A stretch of 64,000 nucleotides of DNA from Tubulanus polymorphus. Its lineage: Eukaryota; Animalia; Nemertea. The notes beneath the pieces are model-generated. The model searched no databases. It saw nothing but the letters and a program-made list of their open reading frames with translations, and was not told where the DNA came from. Made by a program: the position numbers and the translations under genes. Shown piece after piece: positions 40,701 to 62,895 of this stretch; positions within the stretch are counted from its first letter, which is position 1, and each line of letters opens with the position of its first letter. The stretch covers positions 21,288,210 to 21,352,209 of the forward strand of contig NC_134030.1 of assembly GCF_964204645.1 (NCBI RefSeq), in the 5' to 3' direction.

Positions 40701-40798
40701 GACGAACTGACCGTCACAGAGTCAGACAGATCAGCGTGTGCGATGTTAACTCGCCAGACGATCAGCGACGCTATAAACAGCGCTCTCAGTCGATCCAT
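34708..40798 (-). CDS. GRL101-like / LGR-type GPCR paralogue B, ~1,924 aa
   Basis: Exons 40798-39596, 39363-38047, 37962-34708 (phase 0). LDLa repeats (CDGRSDCPNSEDERNC), LRRs (LHTLDLTYNNI), LGR hinge SDAYKFCC..DQFSSCSDLM, 7TM with FCWLP and LPINSSLNPLLY. Confidence 0.94.
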
Positions 40799-41771
40799 CA
40801 GTACATGAATGAAATTCCTTCACTATTCAAATTCTGATCGGTTGTCCACAGAGCTTCAAGTTCCATTCATAAATGAGGTAGAATTTTACATTTCTTACTC
40901 GTGAAATTCAGTATTTGCTTCACTCAGCAATTTAAAATCCAGCAATTATTTTCAACCGCTGATATTTTGTCGAAATCGCATATGATATTTTTACTCGTTC
41001 TGTCATTAGTGTTGGCTCTGACTCAAACGATCAACATCCCAGTAATTACCATCGATCTGTGCAGCAATTCTCAGTTTCATAACGCGTGGTTATTTCTGTG
41101 TCCAATCATATTTCAAAAATACCCGGAATATTTTCTCATCGTTCGGGCGGTTTCTGAATTATCGCAGATGCTCTACGCAAGTGTACAGGGTGTTTCAAAA
41201 CGGTGATGTAAATCTACTTTCGTTTGACAATTCTAGATAACTGAAAGGATTTCTCAAAATATCATTCATGATTTACTAAGTTTATAGGTTACGCAGTTCC
41301 TTTGTAGATAATTGGGTAATCTTGATTTTCGTTGCAGCAAATATGGCCGAGGTGCTAATTAGTGACACGTAACCCTGGGTTCTTCGAAGAACGCCTGAAG
41401 AACCCTTCGTTCAAAGAGTGCAGCCTTACCCTCCGACGTGAGCCTAACATTTTTCAACAACTTCAGCAAAGATGCTCGATGTCTTAATAAGAACGACAAA
41501 TTCTATTATCTTTAACAATTAATGGTTGGATTAATCTATAAACCTTGAATGAGCTTAAACGTAGAAATATTTAAAAAAATCTTAGAAATAAAATTGTTAA
41601 AGTTTTCTGATCTCTAACATTCTGTCAGTTTATTCTTGTGTTGGTTACTGATGTTCTATCTATGCAACGAGAAGCACATTTCCCCCAAGGCATTTTACCT
41701 GAGAGAGGCTGACGATGAAGAGAGGGAAGAATATATTTTCATATCAACTTCATAGAAAGAAAGGAATAAAT

Positions 41772-42141
41772 AATGTCTCAGGTGAAGCACTGAACACATG
41801 TGAAGTGTGGACGATCAGTTTTTGAAAGTGTGCTGATAAAATGTCTAATGTCTGGTGTTTGTAGTTCATTTTCAATTAAAAATGTCTCAGGTGAAGCACT
41901 GGACACATGTGAAGTGTGGACGATCAGTTTTTGAAAGTGTGCTGATAAAATGTCTAATGTCTGGTGTTTGTAGTTCATTTTCAATTAAAAATGTCTCAGG
42001 TGAAGCACTGGACACATGTGAAGTGTGGACGATCAGTTTTTGAAAGTGTGCTGATAAAATGTCTAATATCTGGTGTTTGTAGTTCATTTTCAATTAATAA
42101 TGTCTCAGGTGAAGCACTGAACACATGTGAAGTGTGGACGA
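41772..42141 (-). repeat. 109-bp satellite, ~3.4 copies
   Basis: Reverse complement of the same unit. Confidence 0.95.
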
Positions 42142-42529
42142 TATGGTTGGATATGATGCCCCTTAATATCTGCCTCCACCAATCTTCGCCAAAAGAAAGA
42201 TTGATTCTTTTCACAAAAAAATAAATCTACGTCTTTGATTTCAAAACGGAATTTTGGAAATTCATATTGCCTTCCGGAAGGTAAGCTGGACCCGCCCCTG
42301 CATTATGTGTTACAATAGCATACAATACTTTATCTGGTGTCGAATTCGAATCCGGAATATGTAATAACATATGTTACCCATGAAATGACTTAACTCAAGC
42401 CCACGTTTTATAAGCGTTCGGAATCGCCCGTGAAAATCCCTCCTCAACATATCCGACATGAAACTGAATGCAATAAATCTCACAAATGAGATAATCATTG
42501 ATAAATGTAGGGATTTAACCTTACAAGCG

Positions 42530-42752
42530 GTAATCTTTGATAAATGGAAACCTGACACCTCGATCTTAAGCTCCCTATTTCATTTATGATATGTATACAT
42601 TATATGTTTACATGCTTGTACGTGCATTTCATTATCTTGGTAATCTTTGATAAATGGAAACATGACAGTCACACCTCTCTCTTGAGCCCCCTATTATATT
42701 TATGATATGTATACATAATCTGTTTACATGTGTACGTACATATCATTATCTA
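42530..42752 (+). repeat. ~110-bp diverged tandem duplication
   Basis: GTAATCTTTGATAAATGGAAAC...TTTATGATATGTATACAT occurs twice. Confidence 0.8.
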
Positions 42753-43025
42753 ATTCTGTGATCTTGTAGTTAATGTAACTATTCATTTTGCAAATATTAA
42801 ATTTCATTCATACAACAGCAGTTACGTACGAGGGTACCGTTGTCGCACTACCACTGATTGTCACTCACGCGTAATACTGAGGCCGCTGCTCCGACCTGAG
42901 CGTAGCAGAAGTGCGACTTGGGTTAGGCTTTATGAGGCAATAAAACGTGGCAAGTTTTAAATATTCACACTGATTTGTGAATAGTTACAACTTACCGTGT
43001 ATTGTAAGTGTGAGTCTTATAGAAC

Positions 43026-43266
43026 TGGACCCAGTTCCACAGTTCTGAGTTAGAGTTAACTCTGAGTTAAAATTAGTTCATTTTCAATGAGTTAACTCAG
43101 AGCTAAATCTTAACTTACAACTGTGGAACTGGATCCTGTGGCCAGTTGCTCAAAGGTTGGTTTGAGTTAACCAGTGGATAGTTTACATAGTGACAATTAA
43201 AAGTTCATTGTTACTATGGTATCTATCCACTGGTTATCTTCAACCAACTTTTGAGCAACTGACCCC
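43026..43266. mobile_element. Two adjacent MITEs immediately upstream of the CARNS1-like ATG
   Basis: 43026-43136 is the family above. 43138-43265 has TIRs GGCCAGTTGCTCAAAGGTTGG / CCAACTTTTGAGCAACTGACC, with a related copy at ~4560-4692. Confidence 0.8.
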
Positions 43267-43287
43267 TGCTCTTATAATAGACGGATT

Positions 43288-50495
<7,208 letters not shown>

Positions 50496-51127
50496 ATCAG
50501 AAAATTATCAAACTTTATATAAGAAAAAATCTATTATTAGAAAATCAAACACCAAAATTCAAAATCGTATTTGTTATTTTGAAAGCTCAATTTTGATGAC
50601 GTATAGTGCACATCGACTCACACGGAACCCTTATAAAACCACTGTTGTTTCTATTTTCGTTTGTTAGTAATGATAGACTGGGACATTTTTTGCTACCTTA
50701 GGGACAGTTTTTCCTGCAGCCACGTGCTTCTATTAGGCGTCTATTTATATATACAACATTGCCACTGTAAGGTGATAAAAGAAAAAAACACTTACTGATA
50801 CACAAGATAACTTGAATCACCTCATAATATAACATTCAGTTTTATACACAATTAGATAGATATATAAATATGTTATAATATCGATGAAGCGAGAAGCGAA
50901 ATGCTTGTAAAAAGGGTCACCTCAACACACTATTAGGTTATCTTATAGCAAGGATGTCGGCGTGTTTGCTCATTGTGTCAATGGCAGGGCAACTACCTTT
51001 TTTTCTTCTGAACTACTATAAAATTTTAAAAAAAGAATGATGATTTATGTGGGTATTGATTCCTAAATTCAACTTGTTCCTAAATTCAACTTCCTTTCAA
51101 CAGTTGAATCTTAGCGCTTTAGCATGC

Positions 51128-52040
51128 ATCTGGTGTTTGTTAATATTCAATTAAAATGTCCTAGGTAAAGTACTGAACACATGTGAAGTGTGGACGATCA
51201 GTTTTTGAAAGTGTGCTGATAAAATGTCTAATATCTGGTGTTTGTAGTTCATTTTCAATTAAAAATGTCTCAGGTGAAGCACTGAACACATGTGAAGTGT
51301 GGACGATCAGTTTTTGAAAGTGTGCTGATAAAATGTCTAATGTCTGGTGTTTGTAGTTCATTTTCAATTAGAAATGTCTGAGGTGAAGCACTGAACACAT
51401 GTGAAGTGAGGACGATCAGTTTTTAAAAGTGCGCTGATAAAATGTCTAATGTCTGATGTTTGTAGTTCATTTTCAATTAAAAATGTCTCAGGTGAAGCAC
51501 TGAACACATGTGAAGTGTGGACGATCAGTTTTTAAAAGTGCGCTGATAAAATGTCTAATATCTGGTGTTTGTAGTTCATTTTCAATTGAAAATGTCTCAG
51601 GTGAAGCACTGAACACATGTGAAGTGTGGACGATCAGTTTTTAAAAGTGTGCTGATAAAATGTCTAATGTCTGGTGTTTGTAGTTCATTTTCAATTAGAA
51701 ATGTCTTAGGTGAAGCATTGGACACATGTGAAGTGTGGACGATCAGTTTTTAAAAGTGCGCTGATAAAATGTCTAATGTCTGGTGTTTGTAGTTCATTTT
51801 CTATTAGAAATGTCTCAGGTGAAGCACTGAACACATGTGAAGTGTGGATGATCACTTTTGAAAGTGCGCTGATAAAATGTCTAATATCTGGTGTTTGTAG
51901 CTCATTTTCTATTAGAAATGTCTCAGATGAAGCACTGAACACATGTGAAGTGTGGATGATCACTTTTGAAAGTGTGCTGATAAAATGTCTAAATGATTGT
52001 CTGGTAGTTTTTTTTCAATAAAGAATGTCTCAGGTGAAGT
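51128..52040 (-). repeat. 109-bp satellite, ~8 copies
   Basis: Reverse complement of the same unit. Confidence 0.95.
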
Positions 52041-52973
52041 TCCTGACTCTAGGAAATTGAGTATTGATTATCTGAAGGGATGGTTCCACTCAGCTCTCAA
52101 ATAAATTCGTGTGATTCTATCAATATTACTGCAAAACAATATGACGCTGCTAGTGGTTTCTATTATGAGTTCTAGTCAGATGTTATGACCTTATTTTCTG
52201 CTAGCCGAAATAATTTAAGAACGATTACGATTTTACATTTCGGGTTTTCGATAACGAAATCGACGGAAAAACGGAAAATCTCGGAATGAAATTTTGAAAA
52301 ATATTTTGCGCCGTTCAATATGAACACTCGGGATAAAACTCCCTGTAACCAAGGATACGGCATATACTCAACCAGTAGCTGATGTGTCGGTATCACAGAT
52401 TACATAGCCTACGTTGTAACCCTTAGTATGCCCTAAAATAAAAGATGGCATCCACTAATTTAGAAACATTGAATTTGTTGCAACGAAAAGCAAGATAACA
52501 CAAGTATCCACAAAGAATTGAGTATTAAACCTATAAACTTAGCAAAGCATAAATGACATCCTCTTAGTTATCTAGAAATGTCAAACGAAAGTAGATTAAC
52601 CTCACTGTTTTGAAGCACCTTATTTACACGCGTAGAGCATCTGCGATAATTCAGAAACCGCCCGAACGATGAGAAACTATTCCGGGTATTTATAAATATG
52701 ATTGGACACAGAAATAACCACGCGTTATGAAACTGAGAATTGCTGCACAGATCGATGGTTATTACTGGGATGTTGATCGTTTGAGTCAGAGCCAACACTA
52801 ATGACAGAACGAGTAAAAATATCATATGCAATTTCGACAAAATATGAGCGGTTGAAAATAATTGCTGGATTTTAAAATTGCTGAGTGAAGCAAAAACTGA
52901 ATTTCACGAGTGAGATATGTAAAATTCTACATCATTTATGAATGGAACTTGAAGCTCTATGGACAACCGAGCA

Positions 52974-55900
52974 ATGGATCGACTGAGAGCGCTGTTTATA
53001 GCGTTGCTGATCGTCTGGCGAGTTAACATCGCACACGCTGATCTGTCTGACACTGTGACGGTCAGTTCGTCTTGTAACAACACTTGGTACCCAGTCGATT
53101 CTACGTCCGGTTACATCGTTTCACCGAGTTACCCGTCATTAACGCGCGGTGTTGAATGTCGTTGGTTCGTCAACAGCTCTTTACCGGGAACTTTCAACAT
53201 CAAACTATTCTACGACATCGAGCCGTCAATATTCTGTAGTGATAACTACCTTCTCGTCAGTGAGTCCGATAACAGATTCTGCGGAGAAGGAAAACATGAA
53301 ATCCGCCGTAACGATTCGATCTCGTTGATGTTTAGAAGTAACGTCGATGGTGCGCGGGGTAGTCGGGTTTATGTCATATATCGTTTTGAACGAAACCATT
53401 TGAAATTAATTCACAACTGCAGATTCCCAATGAACAGATTACAAACATCGACAGGATACAGATTTAAAATGTTTTTATATCGATGTAAATTGTATTTGGA
53501 ATGGATCGAGATCCCGGATGGTTTTGCAATGAATTTGACGTTCATACAGATCGATTTCAGATTATTTCCTGGCGCTCATTCATTGACAACTGTTCAAATT
53601 TACGACGGATGGAACACCAGTGAACCTATAGCTGTTATACCAGAACAAACCGGACATCCACCATCATCATTCTATACTAAAACTGACAAAGCCATTATTG
53701 ATGATACACATCCATCATCCTTTAAATCACAACTATCAGTTCAGGTGTATAGAATATCTGATTGGAACGTCTCTAATCCGTTAATTCAAATCTCTAATAA
53801 CGAGTCTGGAGTGCTCATTCCTGATGACAACAGTTTACACGTAATAACTCGATCAAAACACTTACACTGCTGGTCTATCACAGTGCAGGTGTTACAGTAC
53901 GTCGTCTTCAACTGGACACGTGATCTCAGCACATCCGGTGACGTCATCGGTGTATATAAACTAGAAGGGTTACGCGTTGTAGGAACTGATATTTTACTCG
54001 GTTACAACTACCTGGAATCACTGAGTGTTAAATCTGACGGCTTTCTCGTCATACTGTGCGTTTTAATAAGACCAGGTGTTTTACAATCGAATGCAAAAAT
54101 TGAATTTGAAGTGAAGTCTATTTCTATAGGAGATGTACAACTCCGCAAACGCAGGGTGAGTAAAAATGATTTGCTCAATTAAATGTAACCCAGGATGAAT
54201 TGAGTGTGATTAACTACTCAGCTTCATCTAGATTAAGTGTAACACATCTAAACCACAGAAAATTAAATTAAATAAGATATATTAATGATTAATGATTGAT
54301 GAAATGTGATTTAGAAAAAGAGTTCATATTGCACTAATTACAGTTTTGAATATGGATTAATTAAATTCAATTCTTTTGTGTTTTTTAGATTGAAAAGAAT
54401 TCTTTTAATTAGAATGTGCCTTGTAATCAAACATAGAATAAAAGCAAACTAATAATGATTTAATTGAATCTGTAGAATTATTTCAAAAACGTTGCACAAA
54501 TTTACTTCTAATTTCCCATACGGAAAAAACCCAATAATAGAAATTATTGCTCCCGTTGAAATCATTAAGCATTCGAATGTTCAGATTAAATCAAATGATG
54601 AATTATTCATTGGAAGAAATAATATTGCTTTCAACATCACCTTTAAATAGATTAGGAACGATTTATGGAGATTTTAATGATCTGTTCATATTTTGTAGAT
54701 ATCTGGCTCCAGCGCCGGTCACAAGACGTCAAAGATGACAACATTAATGTATCGTATAAATACATACGAATTTAAACGGAAAGTTGATATCTATGAGAAT
54801 AGATTAAAACTAACAGTTTTATCAGAGACGTGCGAGAGAGCTGGATTTTATATATATGATGGTGGTAATTTTACAGCTAGACGCTATGGTCCGTATTGTC
54901 CTGGTGGTCAGTGGTACGGTCGTAACGTCGTCAGTCTGATTACATCAGGAGGACCGGTTACTGTAGTAGGATACGCTTATAACAGCTTATCAGCGCCTCC
55001 TGCTGCTCTCATATTCAATCCTACTGATTGTTACGGGTATGTTCTACGGGAAGGAGAAAATCAGATCAATATGACGTCAGACTGTCTCGTGATTACACCT
55101 GAAAACCGACGCCTTCCTTTAGAAAATATTTATATATTATCAGAATATGAATATCGAATTGACGCATGTTTTCCTGTGCAATACTTCAGCAGAACATGCG
55201 ATAGGCAAATGAGTTTATCAAATCAGTTTCTCAATAACAGTTTCGTATTAAACTCTGTGAAATTGTTCAACAAATATCAATTCTGGAATTATGGGTTAAT
55301 AGTGAAACTACGTCGTAAATGTCTAAGAGTGAAAAAACCTTCAACATATCCACTTGGAGTTTCACCTTTCCCGGATAGGGATGAATGTGGAATGGTACAA
55401 TCACCGAACTATCCGGGATCGGTGGAATTTACATCGAAATATTTTTATTATAACTTTCAAAATCCGATAGAAAAAAATCGAAATCAATATTACAGATTTA
55501 TAATCAAATTTATTGAGAATGATTTACCATGCAGCAGAGTATCTAGATTAGACAAAGAACCAATTCTTTTCAAGCAACAGATACATGACCTTTACGATAA
55601 TGGATTAGGTATGTCATTCAAAACAACTCTTAAGCGAACTGTATTATGCGCAGCTAACGCTAAACGTGGAAGTATATTTCATAGTTTAATGGACAATATC
55701 CTTTATTTTGAGACAAAAAATCACGTTCCCACGTTTCAAATACAATACAATTTACAAAAGTCCATACCAATAAAACAGTTTGTTAAAATCCACTGTAAAT
55801 CAGGATTCTTAGATTCGGGAATTTCCTGCGTCAAATACATCAGAGATGAACGTCTGAATTGGCAGAACGCTGAAATGTACTGTCAACAGAAATACGGAGG

Positions 55901-58900
55901 ACATCTTCTCAGTATCAACTCACAAGATGAAATGATTTCTGTCAAAAGATTATTTGCGACGAAACTGCTTACAATGGGATATGCCCAGGAGGCGCTTATA
56001 ATGATGATCGGGCTTGAATTCAAGGTAACCTCAAATCGACAAAATGAGAAAAAAAATTAAAATCAAAATATTGAAAAAGATAATCATGAGTAATGCTCTG
56101 TAAAATAATCAAGTTTTCATTAACTGAGTTCAGACGCAAATGTTAAATGTCTTAGAGCTGATCGTAGTTTAAGTAAAAATGCTATAACCATTTTTGCAGT
56201 CGAACTTAATTTAACAGAAACTGAATTTTATTTTTAAAACAGAATGATGGTTATTACACGTGGACTGATGGTAAACCATTGAGCTACACAGAGTGGTTTA
56301 AACCTGCTATGATAAACGAAACGATACCAGAAGTTATTCAAGGATTGATATCTCCTCTACGAAAACAACCGATAAATGACGTCAATATGCCGTGTACGGC
56401 GATGATACTGAATAATCCACGAGGATCAGCGAACTGGGTTCGATTCCCGTGTCAAATCGAGGAGACTCGAACAACTTTTATTTGTGAATCGGATAGGATT
56501 GTTATCGATTCAGAACGCGCGGATAATTCGACAAATACAACGAGCATCATAGAAATAACCGATACTCATAACGATATCGTATTTCTAATTGGAAATAAAG
56601 GTGTTCTAAATTCCAATACAACCAACAACTCGACCTGTAAAAAAGGCTGGCAAAATGTGGACGGCAAATGTTGTCAAATGCTCACAGATTGGAACAACAA
56701 TCGAGGTTTGGATATTCAAAGTGCTACGAAATTGTGTCGTGACCTTCATGCTGAAATAGGCATTGTAGCTAATCAAGTGGAAAATGAAATAAAAACATTA
56801 ATTGGCGCGTTCAGTTTTAAACATCAATATGGCGCAATACTGGCTATCGATGTTGGGAAAATGTTTCAAGTGATCGAACCAGTTTTGAAAAGGGATGAAA
56901 TCACTTTTATCGAGTCGTTGAAATGGTCGATAAAACCGTGGAATAATCAGACAAACAACGTTCATTCCGTGCTATGTTCCTATAATGAAACTGGTGAAGA
57001 GTTGGCTTCTATAAGTGGTTGTAAATCGTGGCAGTTTAAATGTAACGACCAAAGATGTATCAGCGACCATCGCGTATGTGATACCAGAAACGACTGTCAA
57101 CACGGTGAAGATGAACTTGATTGTTCGGGTTCAAACTTACAAAGTCAGTTCCACTGTTCAGATGGACGGGTTGTATCAGTGAGTGGTTTGTGTGATTTCA
57201 TAAAGGATTGTGTCGATGGTTCTGATGAGAACTCGTGTTTTCATCACCCGTGTCTGTCCCAACAATTCCGCTGTACTAGTGGTCAATGTGTGGATAGATC
57301 GTACCGATGTAATGGAATTTTTAACTGTAAGGACGGCTCCGACGAGAAGGAGTGCAGTCCGCAACTTTGCAACGGGTTTCTGTGTAATAATGGTATATGT
57401 ATCAGTTCTCTATTGTATCGGGATGGTGTTGTAGATTGTAGCGGAAGCCTCGAAGAAGATGAACTCTTGACATCGAATGTTACAGTGAATCCTACAGTTC
57501 ACTGTATTGATGATAACTACTGTACGACTAATTTCACAAACTTTTGTAAGAAATCTGATGAACAAAGATGTTCTTTCGATTCTCCTCATTGTTATTCTAG
57601 GCGTCATAGATGTATTTTAGAAAGGATGCCGATTGGTTACCCGGTATGTAGAAGGCTCGAACATATACAAGGTTGTACTGATTTCATATGTCCAGCTGGT
57701 ACTGTAAAATGTCCAGCATCTTACTGTATACCAATGGGACAGGTGTGCGATGGTCGATCCGATTGTCCTAATTCAGAAGACGAGCGAAACTGCGAGACTT
57801 TGTCATGTCCCGGCATGTTCAAATGTGGCCAGGAAAGCCGATGTATACCTCAATCTGAAGTTTGTGATGGTGTTGTAAATTGTAAACATACCACTGATGA
57901 CGAGTCTTACTGCGACGTCACGTGTCCTGAGTATTGTAAATGTCAAGGTCATCTAATTGATTGCGATGATGCTGGTTTAGTAGAAATAACTGATCTTTTC
58001 TCGGCATCAACTCGAGTTCTGATTTTACCAGAAAACCGAGTTGTATTCAATGAGTCCACGTTTTCTTCTTACCTCTATCTACATCTCCTCAATATTTCAC
58101 GTAACAATGTGTCTTATATTGTTCCAAACTCGTTCTTAAACCTACATAATCTACATACATTAGATCTTTCATATAATCGCTTAATGTCATTGTCCTCGAA
58201 TACATTCGCCGGTTTGTATAGGTTGAAAATTCTCTTGATTCTTGGAAATCCTTTGAGAAATTTAGAAGAAAGCAGTTTTCAAGGTTTAAAATCAATTAGC
58301 GATCTCGATCTCCACGGACTTTCCTTGTCAATACTCGGTGGAAATGTGTTCAGTGGTTTATCCGCTTTAGAGTCGTTAAATATCAGCGATAACAAAATCA
58401 GTCATATTTCACCAAACGCATTTTCCGGATTAATAAAACTTAGAAATCTGGATCTAACCAAAAATTCTGAAGTAATATCCGTAGAAAGAAACGTTTTTGA
58501 CAGTCTTAGATTATTGAGTTCTTTGGCTTCTGATGCGTACAAATTTTGTTGCATGGTTCCGAGTGTTGACCAGTGTCTCCCGGAAGCCGACCAATTTTCA
58601 TCTTGTTCCGACCTGATGGGTAACACTGTTCTTAGAGCAATCATTTGGGTGATCGCTTCATTCAGCTTTGTCGCGAACATAATTGTCCTTTTACTTCGCA
58701 TTCAAGCGTTTCGAATTTCAACCTCTGAATCACGTAATACATCTTCTGATATCCTCATCATTAATATTGCCACCTGCGATTTTCTGATGTCGATTTATCT
58801 GTTTCTGATCGCCGGAGCCGATTACGTCTATAAAGGAGTTTATTTTCTTAATTCTGAAAGTTGGACAGGTAGTTCTTTGTGTCGATTCGCAGGGATTATA

Positions 58901-59530
58901 GTGACGCTTTCGTGCGAGGGATCTTTGACTTTTCTCCTCATTCTAACGCGTCAACGATACTCGAATATCGTCGATCCATTTTCCGGAAGTCCAATTATAT
59001 CATCGACATATGTGTCCGGTATTTGCTGTATATCCTGGATCATTTTGGGTAACATTTCAATGCTACCGCTGTCGTCATCTTCTTTCTTTGGAAATAACTT
59101 TTACGGCACAACCGGTGTTTGTTTACCTATGAACTTACTAACCATCAATGTCCACGCCTGGCAATATTCATTCGCTATTTTTGCCGTGTTTAACTCGGTC
59201 GTACTTGCTACAATAATGATGACGTATGCACAGATGTATAGACTCGTATCTGGAAGCAGGTCCGGCTCGGGTAGAGCTGATCCTACCGAATTGGTTCTGG
59301 CGCGTAGGAGTTTAGTGATAAATCTGTGTAATCTATTTTGCTGGTTACCGATAATTATCGTTCAGTTTTGCGCTGTATTCCGAGTAGAAATACCGAACCA
59401 AGTGGCGGCTTGGTTGGCGGTACTTTTCCTGCCGATCAACTCGTCACTGAATCCACTTCTTTACACTATCCTCACTATTGATGTTAAATCAATTCGGGCT
59501 AGAAATAAACGGGTTTGGAGAACTCGCTGA
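52974..59530 (+). CDS. GRL101-like / LGR-type GPCR paralogue C, ~1,931 aa (alternative in-frame ATG at 52959)
   Basis: Exons 52974-54155, 54699-56024, 56243-59530 (phase 0, GT..AG). Same domain order as B. AATAAA signals from ~59688. Confidence 0.94.
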
Positions 59531-61285
59531 AACATCTGATAGTCGTTATGACTTTCAAACACTTATCGGAATGTGGAAAACCTATCAGATGAATATTTGT
59601 AGCAAACACCTTGGCACGAGCACGCACTGGTGGTGGCTTGATGTTTTCAATGATAAACACATCACTTCAAATCAATGACGTTAACACAAATAAAGCAAAT
59701 TTGAAATAAATGAATAAAATAAATGAATAAATAAATGAATAAATTTGAATATGTTGTACACTGATTATCGCGATGTAAGTACTCAGCAGTACTGCTGCCG
59801 CTGCTCAGTGAGTACTGCTGATTAATTGTACATTGAATTCAATTAAGTAATGTCGCTTATCAAAGTATGTTGAATCATTAAAACTCATTTGTTTGAACAT
59901 ATGTATGAAAATGTCCGATATATGATAAAGCATGAGTATACGCCTGCAAGCGGATCCGAGCAGGTCGTACACGATACAGGAAAGTTGTTTGAAGTATAAG
60001 TCCCACGATTACAGGTTCGAAAGAGAACTCTTGAAAACGGTTTTTAGCATAAAACCGAAAATTTGAGATTTTTAATAAATTTGTATATTTTTGATGTTTT
60101 AAATCTCTTTCGAACTTGTGATTGTGGGACTTATATTTCATACGTCTCTCGCGACATATCGCGTAGTTTCATCACGTTACTAAGAAAGTTGTTTCTTGTG
60201 AGCCTACTGCTATTTCCAAATGCTGATATTGTATCACACTGACTCATTTTTTTAAACTGTGATGAACCTTAACCTTATTGATAATTCCTTGATAAATCTT
60301 ATTCATTTTAATCGATTGTAAATTGTTGTATCATTCACGGTGTCGTTTTCTTTCAGTTTATCGCGCGCGATTTAGTTTATGTTTTGCGCTTAAATCGGTA
60401 GGATACATTACGTCACAAGAATATCTTATCAATGAAACAAGACTTGGAAAATATTACCGTCCTATCATTATTTATTAGATCATAGAATATTATGATCTCA
60501 CAAACGATAAAGATGCCAATGGCAGTTAATACGATTTTGAGTAAGAAGATCCTTAACATTGTCTGTAGCAGATCTCAAGCGCCACACCTGCAGCGGGCGA
60601 GCCATGTATGCTTTTTCTATGCTTAACACTAGACCAGGCGAGCCATGTTGTTTTAGCACTGAGCGATTGACTCAGATTGTAAGTTGCTGACCAGTCAAGT
60701 GTTGTGACTGCTGACCACTCAGATATGGTGAATGGTGATCAAGTCAGGTGAGGTAATTGTTTTCACCAGCATCATCCACGGATTTCTAGAGTTTCTAATC
60801 AAATCCCAGCGGTTTTCATGAGTTCAATTGTTCAACTCTTCATCAAAATCCCACTTACCGAAACTGTCAAATATCCTATAATATCATATTAACAGCTGAT
60901 ATCACATTCTAATTTACAAAATATTCACTTACCATTGTAAGTGAACCTATCGAGGCTTATCTAGGGATTTAGACAATGGAAGTGGGGTCAAACCAGAATT
61001 TTTCAAAGGTCGCTCTGTCATCATCATTTCAAGTTCAATTGCCAGTGACTCGGGTGTCTTGTTCTCACATGGACATATAAATCATAAATTCAGCTGTAAT
61101 CGATTTAAATCCTTGTGTTTTTGATAACACTTAATTTTTTTAGCACGGTTTAATCCCATGAATTGATTGAGCGCGATCCGAATGAATTCCTGAATTTCTG
61201 AAATGAAAAGAATTTAGAAATTCAAACAATTGGAAACAAATATCATAAAGAAAATAAATACAAAATCGACCCATCACGAAACCTG

Positions 61286-61449
<164 letters not shown>

Positions 61450-62667
61450 GATAATGATCATAATATCATAATAACGATAATAATGAGTCGACATCTTCCA
61501 AAATCTATGGAACAATTGGATTGGAGGGTTTCACCGCATTCAGATAGATTTACATATAGTTATGGTGCCAAAACTATTCAGGAAATTCCAAAATGTAATT
61601 TGTGAAAATACGTATTTAACATCTTTGATTTATTCTTAAATTTAGCAAAAAGTTAAACAAACTTACTTTTATCTAGTCAAATTTAAAATATCAAATTAGT
61701 TTGATAAGTAAGTTGAATCTTATCACATATTCACAAGGGGTTGACATTTTCTTCTGATTTTTCGGGAGATATGTGCGAGCACTTCTACGTGAGCTGATAT
61801 ACAAGCTGTAAAAGAGGTCTATGGTTCAACGCCACGTACGCCATGGTCGAACAATGTGTCAAATTAATTTCACAATATCTAACTTTTTGGGTCAGTAAAC
61901 TTTAACGTGTTCAACTGTTGTAATCCATTTTCGCTGTGTTAACTGCGGGTATCTACTGAAACTAATCCATTATCCACCGCATGAAGTCTAATCGGTTTGA
62001 GACTTCTGACATACATCTGTCAGAGACTTGAAATATCTTATGGCAATTGATTTTATCTAAATACTGAATAAATATTGTATATTTCATGACTTGTCGGAGC
62101 AATCAACACTGGGTCTTACTCCCAAATCATCTTTATCAATGATTGGACGCATAATTAGGTATACTCGTCGGTGATTGGTTAAATGGCAATCTGCATATCA
62201 ATCTGCATATCTGCATATTATAAAATGGACGTATCGGCCCACTCCGCGCGGTTGCGCCACCACGCGGAATTTTCGCGATGCAGCAAACACAAACATGGCC
62301 ACTCTCTCAATTTTCAATGATAGAAATCGTGTGTGCATTTCAATTATTTCGGCTGTTAGGGTTTTAAGGCACAATATAAGTTGATGATGTGATATGGCGA
62401 TGTTAATTAATGATAATTCCGCAGTGAAGCTAGTCACGAACGGTGCCGATTGAGTGTACAGCTGCCAAAAACACTGAAATGTGCGTAGTTGCGTTACTAT
62501 TTGCAGTGAATTGCAGACGAAACATGAAGCCTTAACGGCCGTTTAAAAAAAATTATACCAATCGCAATTGTAAAATAAAAATGACATAGAACCTAAGTCA
62601 AAATTCTGGCCATTTCTAAAATGTTATTACTAATTTTTAGTCAGTGCCGAACGTTTAGTTTTCCAAC

Positions 62668-62895
62668 AATAATGAGGGGGTGGTAGGTAGTCATGCAATT
62701 CAAGTCATCATTTATTTCACGTTACTTCCGTGTTGTTGAAAATCTCGGGTGTCCTGGACCAAACCCCAATGATCAATGTGATCTGTGTGCTGGCCACAAA
62801 TGCACACAGATCACACTACACTACCCATTACACACTCCAGTACCCACAGCTTTCATATATCCATCCAAATATTTAGTGGCTTTCTTCCTGGATGT
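62668..62895 (-). repeat. Copy of the 46189 dispersed repeat
   Basis: Reverse-complement match to 46189-46413. Confidence 0.85.

Noticed and set aside
40901-41206. Hydrophobic 101-aa ORF, with a twin at 52568-52840
   Set aside because: Lies in the duplicated upstream region antisense to the receptors; the two copies differ by frameshifts, arguing against coding constraint.
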